DNA of 63,373 nucleotides from Candidatus Peregrinibacteria bacterium (GTDB taxonomy: Bacteria; Patescibacteriota; Gracilibacteria; CAIRYL01): assembly GCA_016220175.1 (NCBI GenBank), contig JACRHZ010000075.1:1-63373 (forward strand). Reading direction: 5' to 3'. Under the pieces are notes generated by a model. It was not told the origin of the DNA, did no database searches, and worked only from the letters and a program-made list of their open reading frames with translations. Every line of letters starts with the position of its first letter. The stretch's first letter is position 1. Below are positions 20,298-30,738 of this stretch, piece after piece. Position numbers and translations under genes: made by a program.

Positions 20298-21560
20298 ATG
20301 CAATATTCCGCAGTAAAAGCCACGGATCCACTTATCTACGAACTTCTTCTTGCCGAGGAAAAGAGACAGAAAGAAGGTCTTGAGCTTATTCCTTCGGAAA
20401 ATTACGCATCTCGTGCGGTGATGGAAGCAATGGGGAGCGTGTTTACGAATAAGTATTCCGAAGGATATCCCCACAAGAGATATTATGGAGGACAAGAAAA
20501 TACAGACGGTATAGAGGAATTGGCGATTGAGCGTGCGTGTAAACTCTTTGATTGCAAATATGCAAATGTACAGCCGCACGCTGGAGCTCCTGCAAACATA
20601 GCGACGTATTTCGCCCTTATGGAGCCAGGAGATACACTTATGGGAATGGATTTAAGTCACGGTGGACATTTAACTCATGGTCATCCCGTCACGTACATCA
20701 CGAAGATCTTCAATTTTGTTCGATACAAAATGAAGGATGTGAATACGGGAGAAATAGATTTTGATGAATTTCGAAAAGTGGCGCGTGAGGCAAAACCAAA
20801 AGTAATCCTTGCCGGATATTCAGCGTATCCGCGGGACTTGGAATATGACAAATTTGTAGAAATCGCAAAAGAAGTAGGCGCAATTGCCATTGCAGATGTC
20901 GCTCATATCGCTGGATGTATTGCTGGAGGTGCTATGAAAAATCCATTTCATTACGGATTTGATGTCGTGCTCACGACGACGCATAAAACACTTCGTGGTC
21001 CACGAGGAGGAATGATCCTCACTCGAGACAATGAAGAAATTGCTACAAAAATCAATAAATCTATATTTCCTGGATTCCAAGGCGGACCACTTATGAACAT
21101 GATAGCAGCAAAAGCCGTATGTTTTGAAGAAGCACTCCAACCAGAATTTAAAGAGTATGCACATCAAATTATTAAAAATGCGAAAGCTATGGAAAAAGTT
21201 TTCCATGAAAGGAAAGTGCGCATGATTACAGGAGGAACATCAAATCACCTTATTCTTATGGATGTGCAGACTTCTTTTGGAGTGAATGGGCACGATGCGC
21301 AAGAAGCCATGGATGAAGCGGCGATTACTCTTAACAAAAATATGATTGCTGATGATCCAAATCCAGCAATGAGACCTTCAGGAATTCGTTTTGGAACTCC
21401 AGCGCTCACCACTCGGGGAATGAAAGAACCAGAAATGGAGCAAATAGCTCATTGGATGGTCGATATTCTTAAAAATATGGGTGACACGGAACTCAGGAAA
21501 AAGATCAGACTTGAGGTGAATAGCATGGCTCTGAAGTTTCCAGTGCAGGGAGTTGGATAG
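20298..21560 (+). CDS. glyA: Serine hydroxymethyltransferase
   Basis: LIPSENY, NKYSEGYP, TTTHKTLRGPRGG motifs. Confidence 0.98.
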   Translation: MQYSAVKATDPLIYELLLAEEKRQKEGLELIPSENYASRAVMEAMGSVFTNKYSEGYPHKRYYGGQENTDGIEELAIERACKLFDCKYANVQPHAGAPANIATYFALMEPGDTLMGMDLSHGGHLTHGHPVTYITKIFNFVRYKMKDVNTGEIDFDEFRKVAREAKPKVILAGYSAYPRDLEYDKFVEIAKEVGAIAIADVAHIAGCIAGGAMKNPFHYGFDVVLTTTHKTLRGPRGGMILTRDNEEIATKINKSIFPGFQGGPLMNMIAAKAVCFEEALQPEFKEYAHQIIKNAKAMEKVFHERKVRMITGGTSNHLILMDVQTSFGVNGHDAQEAMDEAAITLNKNMIADDPNPAMRPSGIRFGTPALTTRGMKEPEMEQIAHWMVDILKNMGDTELRKKIRLEVNSMALKFPVQGVG

Positions 21561-21606
21561 GAATGTGTTGACGATGTCCGTCGACACATTATTTCATACA
21601 AAATAT

Positions 21607-21632
21607 CGTAGGGGCGACCCTCGCGGTCGCCC
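21607..21632 (+). repeat. GTAG-type REP palindrome (related copies at 10154-10179, 22047-22072, 22145-22170, 55806-55830, 56420-56443)
   Basis: CGTAGGGGCGACCCTCGCGGTCGCCC: GTAG followed by a GC hairpin, next to the RAYT. Confidence 0.85.
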
Positions 21633-21750
21633 GAAATGACAGATGATAATGAAAATGATTCGATCATCCAAAGTAATAATTTTCGCATGATGAGTTTTGT
21701 CGTACCAAATCTTTCCATCATTATAATATGTGGAAGTTTTTTCGTGGCGC

Positions 21751-22398
21751 ATGAAGGATCTTTACAACAAAAATCGTCGATCAATTCGTCTGAAGGGATA
21801 CGATTATTCACAACCCGGGTATTACTTTATTACGATCTGCACAAAGAATAGAGAGTGTGTTTTCGGCGAGATTTTTCAACAACACATGCGTTTGTCAGCT
21901 TTGGGAAAAATTGTTGATTATGAATGGCGACACATTTCGAATCGATATTCGAATGTAATATTAAATGAATTTATTGTGATGCCAAATCATATTCATGGAA
22001 TCATTATAATTAGTGATGAATTTTTCGTCGGCATATCGGAAGAAATCGTAGGAACGACCTTCGCGGTCGCTCAATGCAATTCGATCGTTCAAAATAATAA
22101 TATGACAGGCGCAAGGTCTATATCATCATTAATTTTGAATGAAAGGGCAGGCGCAAGGCCTGCCCCTACGATTACGATTGGGAATATTGTCGGATCATTT
22201 AAATCATTGTGTGTACATGGATATTTGCAATACTTAAAAAACAAGAACATTCATGATGTTCCTGGAAAATTCTGGCAACGAAATTATTACGAATCCATAA
22301 TTGAGAATGATTCACATTTGGAAAACGTTCAGGCGTATATTCAAAATAATCCTCTGAACTGGAATACTGACCCAGAAAATCTGGAGTTTATTTTATAA
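21751..22398 (+). mobile_element. REP-associated tyrosine transposase (RAYT, Y1/HUH)
   Basis: RRSIRLKGYDYS, YFITIC, VMPNHIHG (HUH), FWQRNYYE, YIQNNP; flanked by and containing REPs. Confidence 0.92.
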
Positions 22399-23685
22399 AA
22401 TTTTTCCATTTTTCACTTTTTCCACTCCTCCCACAAACACCTGATCAGCTTTTCCAAGGAGCGTCATTCCTTCAAAAACAGAATTTGCACCTTTTGTTTC
22501 CATATCTTTCACGCGCACTGCCCATTTTTTCCCGGTATCAAAAATCGCAATGTCCGCATCAGTTCCGACAGAAAGTGTTCCGTGAGGAATTCCAATAACC
22601 CCGGCTGGATTCACACTCATGAGTTCAATAAGTTTTACGAGAGAAATATGATCTTTTTTGACGAGATGTGTAAATCCCGCAGCAAAACTCGTTTCAAGAC
22701 CAACACTTCCTCGTGCTGCGTCTGAAAACGGTTTGAGTTTATCAAATTTCGTATGGGGAGCATGATCTGTACTGATCACAGATATCACTCCTTTTTTGAG
22801 TCCTTCAACAATTCCTTTTTTATCTTCTTCAGAACGAATGGGTGGATACATTTTAGCATTTGTATTGTATCCTTCAACAATTTTATCGGTGAGAGAAAAA
22901 TATTGAGGACACGTTTCTGCCGTCACATGAACACCTCTTTTTTGAAAAAACTCAATGAAATCTACTGAATTTTTGGAAGAAACATGGAAAATATGTATTT
23001 TTGCGCCCGTGTATTCTGCCAAACATAACATTTTAAGAACGGAAACATCTTCGGCAACTCTCGGAATTCCCGGAAGTCCCAATTTTGTCGAAATGATTCC
23101 CTCATGCATCATTCCGCCAGCAGAAAGACTTTCCACTTCACAGTGATTCATGAGCACTAAATCAAGCGTTTTCGCGTATTCCATGGCTCTTTTGAGAACA
23201 ACTTCATTCTGCACATCTTGCCCATCATCTGTGACGGCAACAATTCCCGCATCTTTCATTGCTTTCATGGGAGCGAGCTCTTTGCCTTCTTCGCCTTTCG
23301 TAATCGCTCCTGCAGGAAAAAGTCGCGCAAGCCCGAGTTTTTCAGCTTGTTCGATTTGATAGCGAACAGCAAGTGCTGAATCTGTTATAGGACAAGTGTT
23401 CGGCATGGAAACGACAGAAGTGATGCCTCCTGCGAGAGCAGCTCTAAGACCGGTTTTCAAGTTTTCTTTCCCTTCTTGTCCTGGTATCCTCAAGTGTACT
23501 TGAATATCCACGAGTCCCGGAGTAACAATTTTCCCTCGCGCTTCCACTTTCTGGCAGTGTTTTTCCACTTTTATTTTTTTCCCGATTTTCAGAATTTTTC
23601 CATCCCGCACATGAATATCACAAATGGTGTCCACTTTGTGAGCAGGATCAATCACATGTCCATTGGTAATAAGAAATTCAGTCAT
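22393..23685 (-). CDS. pyrC: Dihydroorotase
   Basis: VHLRIPG, MPNT, STDHAPH motifs; adjacent to pyrB. Confidence 0.94.
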   Translation of the reverse strand: MTEFLITNGHVIDPAHKVDTICDIHVRDGKILKIGKKIKVEKHCQKVEARGKIVTPGLVDIQVHLRIPGQEGKENLKTGLRAALAGGITSVVSMPNTCPITDSALAVRYQIEQAEKLGLARLFPAGAITKGEEGKELAPMKAMKDAGIVAVTDDGQDVQNEVVLKRAMEYAKTLDLVLMNHCEVESLSAGGMMHEGIISTKLGLPGIPRVAEDVSVLKMLCLAEYTGAKIHIFHVSSKNSVDFIEFFQKRGVHVTAETCPQYFSLTDKIVEGYNTNAKMYPPIRSEEDKKGIVEGLKKGVISVISTDHAPHTKFDKLKPFSDAARGSVGLETSFAAGFTHLVKKDHISLVKLIELMSVNPAGVIGIPHGTLSVGTDADIAIFDTGKKWAVRVKDMETKGANSVFEGMTLLGKADQVFVGGVEKVKNGKIL

Positions 23686-24672
23686 TTATGCAGGAGAAAA
23701 AGGTTTCGTTTTTTTATCGTACCTCTTTGCGAGAAGCCAAAGCACCGCTTTTCTCACAGCGAGACCATTTGTTACCTGTTCCCGAATTTTTGATTGCGGA
23801 TGGCAAACGAGATCAGATGCCACATCAACCCCGCGAATGACTGGTCCAGGATGAATAAGGATCGCATTTTTATCCGCAAGAGCAAGACGCTCTGAAGTCA
23901 TACAGTACATTTTTGCGTATTCTTGAAGACTCGGAATAAAACCAGTTGAACCTCGTTCTTCTTGCACTCTGAGTGCGCATATTACATGTGCTCCTGCAAG
24001 TGCTTTTTCTACATTGGTGAAGATTTCCACGCCAAATTCTTCCACTCCTTGTGCGATAAAAGTACACGGAGAAGCAATTCTCACCTTTGCTCCGAGTTTT
24101 TTTGCAACTCGAACAAGTGATCCAAAAACCCTCGAGTGTAAAGTGTCGCCGATGATCGTCAACACTTTTTTTTCCATATTTCCGTGATGATCGAGCATCG
24201 TTTTTGCATCGAGGAGACCTTGGGTTGGATGCTCATGCCACCCATCTCCAGCACTCACCACTGCACATGGTACATGTTGCGCGACAAAACACTGACTTCC
24301 GGCATCAGTGGAACGCATGACAATTACTTTTGGTTTGAGTGCTGCAAGCGTGAGCATCGTGTCGAGAAGACTCTCTCCTTTCCTCAGAGAAGAGCTTTCT
24401 GCTGAGGTTCCGACAACATCTGCCCCGAGGTGTTTCCCTGCAAGTTCGAAGCTGAGCCTCGTCCTCGTCGACTGTTCGTAAAACGCGGTAATAATGGTGG
24501 AGTCCTTAAGAAGGCTAAGCTTCGCCGTTTCCGCTTCCTTAAAGAGTATCGCAATTTTTAAAATAAGTTCAATATCTTGCATCGAAAGATCATCAATCGA
24601 AAGTACGTCAAAAACAGAAAGATCGCGTTTCCTGCGAGCTTTTTCGAGTTTTTTTTCAAGTGATACAGGCAT
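23686..24672 (-). CDS. pyrB: Aspartate carbamoyltransferase catalytic subunit
   Basis: STRTRLSF, HEHPTQ, HPGP motifs. Confidence 0.96.
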   Translation of the reverse strand: MPVSLEKKLEKARRKRDLSVFDVLSIDDLSMQDIELILKIAILFKEAETAKLSLLKDSTIITAFYEQSTRTRLSFELAGKHLGADVVGTSAESSSLRKGESLLDTMLTLAALKPKVIVMRSTDAGSQCFVAQHVPCAVVSAGDGWHEHPTQGLLDAKTMLDHHGNMEKKVLTIIGDTLHSRVFGSLVRVAKKLGAKVRIASPCTFIAQGVEEFGVEIFTNVEKALAGAHVICALRVQEERGSTGFIPSLQEYAKMYCMTSERLALADKNAILIHPGPVIRGVDVASDLVCHPQSKIREQVTNGLAVRKAVLWLLAKRYDKKTKPFSPA

Positions 24673-24821
24673 GGTCAGGGTACCAAAAATTTTCTTCTGC
24701 CATCATACCGTTTTCTGCTGGAATTTGAAAAGAAGAAAATACAATTGACTGACAATTTGTGTTTTTGTAAATATTCTGTATTCTGAAAGTACATTCCTTT
24801 TTGTTTTTTTTCTTTCTTTTT

Positions 24822-25901
24822 ATGTCAAAAACTTCTGTAAAAGACCCGAGACATGAAGCACTTTTAAATGCTATGGCTCAGATTCAAAAACAATATGGAG
24901 AAGGTTCTATCATGAACCTTTCCAGCGCCGGAAAAATGAACGTAGAAACTATTCCAACAGGATCAATTTCACTCGATATTGCTCTTGGAGGAGGAATTCC
25001 CAAAGGGAGAGTTATTGAAGTATATGGACCGGAATCTTCCGGAAAAACGACACTCGCTCTTCATATCGCGGCGGAGTATCAGAAACGCGGTGGACAGGTC
25101 GCATTTATTGATGCCGAACATGCCCTTGATCCGGAGTATGCCAAAAGAATTGGGCTAAATCTCGAAAAATGTACCATTTCTCAGCCAGATTCTGGGGAAC
25201 AAGCACTCGAAATTGCTGAACTCCTCGTTCGTTCGGGCGCGATTGATCTCATCATTATAGACTCCGTTGCAGCTCTCGTTCCAAAAGCAGAAATTGAAGG
25301 AATGATGGGGGATTCGCACATGGGACTTCAAGCTCGTCTCATGAGCCAAGCACTTCGAAAACTCACAGGAATTGTGGGAAAAACAAAAACGACCATTATT
25401 TTCATTAATCAAATTCGCATGAAAATTGGGGTTATGTTTGGAAATCCAGAAACGACTACCGGCGGAAATGCGCTCAAATTTTATGCTTCTGTGCGAATGG
25501 ACATCAGACGAACGTCAAAAATTGAAACAGGATCAGGTGATACAAAAGAAGCTGTGGGAAATAGGGTAAAAGTGAAAGTGGTAAAGAATAAAATTGCTCC
25601 TCCGTTCAAATCAGCAGAGTTTGATATTATGTTTAATGAGGGAATTTCTCGAGTTGGAGATATTCTGGATACTGCCGTGCGTCTCGGAATTGTAAAAAAA
25701 TCAGGCGCATTCTTTACGTATAAAGAAACAAAACTTGGACAAGGTCGAGAGAACGCTAAAGACTTTCTGAAGACAAATCAAAAAATTTCAGATATTCTCG
25801 ATAAGGAGGTCCGAGAAATGGTGGCACGTGGCGAAGTTGAGCCAGTTCCTGCAATAATGGAAGAAGAGAACGGTGCGGAAAATGAAAAGATGGAGCTGTA
25901 G
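24822..25901 (+). CDS. recA: Recombinase A
   Basis: [30 protein letters not shown] motifs. Confidence 0.99.
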   Translation: MSKTSVKDPRHEALLNAMAQIQKQYGEGSIMNLSSAGKMNVETIPTGSISLDIALGGGIPKGRVIEVYGPESSGKTTLALHIAAEYQKRGGQVAFIDAEHALDPEYAKRIGLNLEKCTISQPDSGEQALEIAELLVRSGAIDLIIIDSVAALVPKAEIEGMMGDSHMGLQARLMSQALRKLTGIVGKTKTTIIFINQIRMKIGVMFGNPETTTGGNALKFYASVRMDIRRTSKIETGSGDTKEAVGNRVKVKVVKNKIAPPFKSAEFDIMFNEGISRVGDILDTAVRLGIVKKSGAFFTYKETKLGQGRENAKDFLKTNQKISDILDKEVREMVARGEVEPVPAIMEEENGAENEKMEL

Positions 25902-25976
25902 AGAAAAGGTAAAATGTAAAAAAAATTACAAAATTAAAAATTCTTTAAAAATTATAAAATTTAGAAATTCCACATT

Positions 25977-27245
25977 ATGTTTCAACAGCACAGTCTTCCC
26001 AATAACCTTCGCCTCATTACCTCTCAAAATACTGGTACGAAAGCAGTAACGCTCCTCATCCTTACCGGAGCAGGATCACGAAATGAGAAAGATGAAGAGC
26101 GCGGAATTTCTCATTTTCTTGAGCATATGTTTTTTAAAGGTGGAGCTCGTTATAAAAATGCGAAAGAAGTTGCCGAAACAATTGATGGCGTTGGCGGAGA
26201 TTTTAACGCGTTTACGGGAAAAGAATATGCGGGATATTACGTAAAGGTTTCTGCTGAACAAGTGGAAACCTCGTTTAATGTTCTTTCTGACATGCTCCTC
26301 AATTCCATTTTTTCTCCACATGAAATCGAAAAGGAACGCGGAGTAATTTTGGAGGAATTTAACATGTATGAAGACACGCCGATATATAAAATTGGGTGGG
26401 ATTTTGAAGAACTTCTTTTTGGAAGTGATCATCCGATGGGACGGGATGAAATCGGGACAAAAGAATTCATTGCAAAAGTTACGCAGCAGGAATTTCAAGA
26501 TTACAAATCTGCGCTCTATACGCCGGAGAATACGGTCATCATTGCTTCCGGAAATATTTCTCCCGAGAAATCGCTTGAGCTTGCAAAACAATATTTTCAG
26601 TTTCCAGCTGCGAAAAGAACGCGACATCATATTGATTTTGCTTGGCCAAAAAATCCTGAACGTCTTCATCTTCGAAATAAAAAAACCGAACAAGCGCATC
26701 TCGTGGTCGGCTATCCGGGGCTTCCCATGGCGCATAAAGATGAACATGTCCTGAATCTTCTCGCCGTAATTTTAGGCGGCAATATGAGTTCTCGCATGTT
26801 TTTGAACATTCGAGAAGCACACGGTCTCTGTTACTCCATTTCTACTACGACCGATCGATACACGGATTGTGGAGTGATTTCTACACATGCGGGAGTAGAT
26901 ATTGCTCGGGTGGAAAAAGCAATCACGGCAATTCGGCAAGAATATGAGAAAATTACTGCTGAAAAAATTTCAGATGAAGAGCTTCAAAAGGCAAAGAATT
27001 TTCTCAAAGGGAAAATTACGCTTCGTATGGAGGACAGTGAAGAAGTTGCAAGTTTTTTGGGAACGCAGGCGCTCCTTCTTCCGGAAATCAAAACACTGAA
27101 ACAACTTTTTGCAAAAATTGACGCGGTTTCAGCAGATGATATTCTCCGAGTTTCTCGGGCAATTCTCATTCCTGAAAAACTTTCTCTCGCACTCATCGGA
27201 CCGTTTGAAGGGAAAGAGGAGGAGTTTCGAAAGTTGCTGGGGTGA
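25977..27245 (+). CDS. M16 (pitrilysin-family) zinc peptidase
   Basis: HFLEH motif; GGNMSSRMF, IREAHGLCY. Confidence 0.95.
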   Translation: MFQQHSLPNNLRLITSQNTGTKAVTLLILTGAGSRNEKDEERGISHFLEHMFFKGGARYKNAKEVAETIDGVGGDFNAFTGKEYAGYYVKVSAEQVETSFNVLSDMLLNSIFSPHEIEKERGVILEEFNMYEDTPIYKIGWDFEELLFGSDHPMGRDEIGTKEFIAKVTQQEFQDYKSALYTPENTVIIASGNISPEKSLELAKQYFQFPAAKRTRHHIDFAWPKNPERLHLRNKKTEQAHLVVGYPGLPMAHKDEHVLNLLAVILGGNMSSRMFLNIREAHGLCYSISTTTDRYTDCGVISTHAGVDIARVEKAITAIRQEYEKITAEKISDEELQKAKNFLKGKITLRMEDSEEVASFLGTQALLLPEIKTLKQLFAKIDAVSADDILRVSRAILIPEKLSLALIGPFEGKEEEFRKLLG

Positions 27246-27307
27246 AAATTTGTAGTATTTAAAAGTATTTTATAGTATAATATCTACATAATATAATATT
27301 TTATACT

Positions 27308-27559
27308 ATGGTACACTATAATATTACACTCAATGAGGATCTTGCTGATGTAGTTGAATCTCAAATGAAGAGAAGAAGATTTGCGAATCGCAGTGAATTT
27401 TTTCGTGATCTCATTAGAAGTCAGTATGTCCTCATCGAGAATGAAAACATCCTCATAGAGGAAATTTCGCGAGATGATGCCGATTATGCTATCATAAAAA
27501 AGCGAGAAAAAAATGCGGAATTTATTCCATTAGAAAAAATACTGCGCTCAAAGAAATAA
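27308..27559 (+). CDS. Ribbon-helix-helix antitoxin
   Basis: NITL...FANRSEFFRDLIR; upstream of a RelE-like gene. Confidence 0.8.
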   Translation: MVHYNITLNEDLADVVESQMKRRRFANRSEFFRDLIRSQYVLIENENILIEEISRDDADYAIIKKREKNAEFIPLEKILRSKK

Positions 27560-27580
27560 TATTTTTCTATTTTTTTATAT

Positions 27581-27835
27581 ATGTTCGAGCTTCTTATTGA
27601 AAAAAGAGCATGGAAAGACATTGATAAAATTGATGTGCAAGAACAATCAAGAGTTTTAACAAAATTACAACAAATTCTTTCCGAAAACCCTTATCCTCGA
27701 GGCGGAAATCCAAAGAAACTCATGGGAGAAGAAGCATTTCGTCTGAGAATTGGAGATTATCGAGTGCTTTATAGAGTTTATAAAAAACAAGTATTTGTTT
27801 TTGCTGTGGGTCATCGGAAGGATGTGTATAGATGA
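27581..27835 (+). CDS. RelE/ParE-family toxin
   Basis: FRLRIGDYRVLY, VGHRKDVYR motifs. Confidence 0.9.
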   Translation: MFELLIEKRAWKDIDKIDVQEQSRVLTKLQQILSENPYPRGGNPKKLMGEEAFRLRIGDYRVLYRVYKKQVFVFAVGHRKDVYR

Positions 27836-28068
27836 AACTGGATTATGTGTGAAAATATTCCCCACGAAAATGCAAGTGAATTTTTTTGCAAAGTGGAGTA
27901 CAAATAAAAAAACTTTTTTCACGGAATATGCCAAATTCAATGCTCACTATGCCAAACTGTAAAACTTCTTCGAAGTCTAATCGTAAATCTGCTCGTGCTT
28001 CTTTGAAGAGAAAGAAAAAGATTGTAAAAAAGGGAAGAAAAAATTCGTGAACTTCTTACAATTTTACA

Positions 28069-28932
28069 TCAGCACTTTGCGACATGTGCGGGTGTGTGAT
28101 TCGCACGAACATGTTTTATCGATAATACCATCCAAGTAGCGAGCACAAATGGAGCAGTAAGAGCGATTATACCGAGTTTGTTCAGACCGAGGAAAAAGAG
28201 CACAGAGAGAATAATTGCAAAATTCGTAATCACAAATGAGTCCCACTTCTTCGTTCCTAACACTATGCCACAGAGTATGGCATTATATCCAAAAAGACCG
28301 ATATTTATCAGAGAAAGAGGCAAATGAAAAAATATCGCTAACAGATTCCCGAGTAATGATGCATAAAGTGCATAAAAAGCAGCAGTACGTGAATTTATTA
28401 AAATGCCAAAAAGAAAGAGGAGGCCAGTGATGGCATTCTCTTGGAACATCACCTGACCAATTCCAATGCTGATTGCTGAAAATAAATCGAGCAATGCGGT
28501 TTGTGGCAATGCTGATATCAGCAAAGGGGAAGCATGAAGAAATTTTATACCAAAAATTCCCATCCAGGTACTCAGAACGAATGGTGCAGTAAAAGCAGGG
28601 ATTCTTTTTTGTATTGCATGCATGATAACGCTAGAGAGTGCGGAGCTAATAATTATAGCAAGCGCTGTAGCGACGTTGACCCCAAAGAAAAACCAAATGG
28701 CAATTCCGACAAGTGTTCCATTGAATCCATACAAACCGTTTTTAATATCTTCCTGAGGATATTTGAGAAACACAGCGAAAATACTTCCAACAATGTTTCC
28801 GAGAATTGCTCCGAGTCCCAAAATCCAGGAGTTGTAAAATATTCCGACTAAAAATAAGAGCCCGGTCAAAGCATTATTTTGAAGCATCACTTGGCCAACT
28901 CCACGGAGTATTATTTGGACGGAATCTCGCAT
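28069..28932 (-). CDS. Urea transporter (UT family)
   Basis: Duplicated G(V/I)GQVM, GL(Y/F)G(F/Y)N and TAPFVL motifs. Confidence 0.92.
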   Translation of the reverse strand: MRDSVQIILRGVGQVMLQNNALTGLLFLVGIFYNSWILGLGAILGNIVGSIFAVFLKYPQEDIKNGLYGFNGTLVGIAIWFFFGVNVATALAIIISSALSSVIMHAIQKRIPAFTAPFVLSTWMGIFGIKFLHASPLLISALPQTALLDLFSAISIGIGQVMFQENAITGLLFLFGILINSRTAAFYALYASLLGNLLAIFFHLPLSLINIGLFGYNAILCGIVLGTKKWDSFVITNFAIILSVLFFLGLNKLGIIALTAPFVLATWMVLSIKHVRANHTPAHVAKC

Positions 28933-29035
28933 AGAAAAAACTTGTCGCGTATAATGCTATACTTCTTTTCCCAAAGAGTCACCCGTCCTTGGATGACTTC
29001 CTCGGAAGCTTGTGCAAGGGATTTCAATCTCGCCC

Positions 29036-29106
29036 TGGTGGAGAGGACGGGAATCGAACCCGCAAAATTAGGTCTCAACCCCAATTCGTACACCAGTACC
29101 CTCCCC
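29036..29106 (-). ncRNA. 71-nt tmRNA-like tRNA domain (Ala-type acceptor, no mRNA-like domain) inside a larger structured RNA (~28940-29235)
   Basis: GGGGAGG/CCTCTCC-ACCA acceptor with G3.U70 and A73; T-arm GCGGG-TTCGATT-CCCGT; tmRNA-style loop GTACTGGTGTACGA; short helix ATTGGG/CCTAAT. Confidence 0.7.
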
Positions 29107-29239
29107 ATAGCCACCAGGGCATGGTTGATAATACTTCCATGCAATGAGATACAAAAACGACCACTTCTTGCGAAATAGTCGTTTTTGCTGAGACCTAATT
29201 TATGCAGGCAGATGCCTGTGTACGAATTTGGGCATCACT

Positions 29240-29268
29240 ATAATACAAAATTGAGTTCAAAAATTCAA
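29240..29268 (-). promoter_or_regulatory. Sigma70-type promoter for the tRNA-like RNA and urea transporter
   Basis: TTGAAT-17 bp-TATTAT on the minus strand. Confidence 0.6.
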
Positions 29269-29613
29269 GAGAAAATCATAGTTTTTACTTTGGGATCACA
29301 TCAAAAATTTGGGGAGAAAATAATCAAGCATATATTTTAGAGAGACGGAAAAGGAAGAATTTTTTATCAGTAACACCACGAACAAGCGCACGGAAGCCTT
29401 TGATTTTTCCACAGCGAAAATGTGTCGACGAGGTCCGACGACACAATCGACATTTCTCTATGAAAAAAACCCAATCGTCGGTTCAACTCTTTTGAGTTGA
29501 ACCCTTCGTTTCTTTTTTACCATTAACTTACTTTTTTGATGAAAAGGAAACGTTGTGGAGCAACTCAAAAGAGTTGCTGGTATATTCAAAGTACTAAGAG
29601 ATATGTAAGAATC

Positions 29614-29760
29614 AAGGGAAAGGGAGTTGCGGAGAGTTACTTGAGAACAAATGTCTCGTGAGGGAGCATGCAATCCCTACTGTTTGTAACGAATGAGAAG
29701 GTTGTGGATTTCGCCACGTATCACTCACCAGCTTGTTAGGCAGTAGGACTCCCTTCCCTT
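29614..29760 (+). ncRNA. IS110 bridge RNA (target- and donor-binding loops)
   Basis: Closing stem AAGGGAAAGGGAGT/ACTCCCTTCCCTT; guides AGAGTTACT and GAGGGAGC match the target, AGAAGGTT and ACCAGC match the donor junction. Confidence 0.85.
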
Positions 29761-29784
29761 TTCATCATTTTACCCAATTTTTTT

Positions 29785-30738
29785 ATGAAATGCATCGGCA
29801 TTGATGTTTCCTCCAAGAAACTCAACATCTATAGGAATGATACTAAAGAGAGTTTTGAGATTGAAAACACACAAAATGCTTTAGAAAAATTTGAGAAGCA
29901 AAAGAAATTAGAATCTGATGAATATGTGATAGGGGTCGAATCAACTGGTCGATATCATTTTGTGTGTCAGGAGTACTTTGTTATGAAGGGATACGAATTT
30001 CGTTGTTTGAATCCACTTCTCACGAACAAAGTAATATTTGCGACTGTGCGAAAGAAAAAAACGGACAAATCAGATGCGGAAGTAATTGCATTTTTATTGA
30101 ATTTAGGAGAAGGACAAAAGGTAACAAAAGAACAACTGCGAACCACAAAGAGGACAATTCTCCGCACCAGAAAAAAATTGGTACATCAAAAGACAGTTTT
30201 GAAATTATTACTTCAGGAACTAGGAAAAGAGCATCAAAACAAGGGCATTACGGAAACAAAAGCTTCTCTTCAAAGAGTTCTCATAACGATCGAAGATGAA
30301 ATAAAAGTATTGGAGAAAGAGGCAATGGGAGTTTCTGAAACGAAGGCAGAAAAACTCATTCGATCAATTCCTGGATTTGCTACGCAACTCGCAGGAGTGG
30401 TCGCGACAGAAGTTGGAGATTTTACGAGGTTTTCTGCTGCAACGCAGTTTAAGGCGTATGTCGGGATTGATCCGAAAGTATCTCAGTCAGGGGCAACTCA
30501 TTACACCGGAAAAATAACAAAGAGGGGAAATCCGTATCTTCGATGCGCATTCTATCTTGCCGCACAAGTCGCGAGACAACATGATCCGGAACTGAAAGCT
30601 TTTTACGAGAAAAAAATAGGGGAAGGAAAAAACTTCAGAGTGGCAATTTGTGCAGTTGCGAGAAAGCTCTGTGAAAGAGTTTACGCCGTAGTAATGAGAG
30701 GTGTTCCTTACCAAATACGAGAACTCTCTTTCTCTTGA
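29785..30738 (+). CDS. IS110-family DEDD recombinase/transposase
   Basis: GIDVS, GVESTG, KTDKSDA (DEDD), SIPG, SQSG serine, ITKRGNPYLR, AVARKL. Confidence 0.96.
   Translation: MKCIGIDVSSKKLNIYRNDTKESFEIENTQNALEKFEKQKKLESDEYVIGVESTGRYHFVCQEYFVMKGYEFRCLNPLLTNKVIFATVRKKKTDKSDAEVIAFLLNLGEGQKVTKEQLRTTKRTILRTRKKLVHQKTVLKLLLQELGKEHQNKGITETKASLQRVLITIEDEIKVLEKEAMGVSETKAEKLIRSIPGFATQLAGVVATEVGDFTRFSAATQFKAYVGIDPKVSQSGATHYTGKITKRGNPYLRCAFYLAAQVARQHDPELKAFYEKKIGEGKNFRVAICAVARKLCERVYAVVMRGVPYQIRELSFS

Noticed and set aside
29036..29106. Ordinary tRNA-Ser(UGA) or tRNA-Ala gene
   Set aside because: Lacks U8/A14, a normal D-arm and the long Ser variable arm; the Ala-type acceptor conflicts with the loop triplet.
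29107..29187. tmRNA tag reading frame upstream of the tRNA-like domain (GCA AAA ACG..., NHALVA)
   Set aside because: The resume-like codon and the NHALVA segment are in different frames and no stop follows; probably coincidence.
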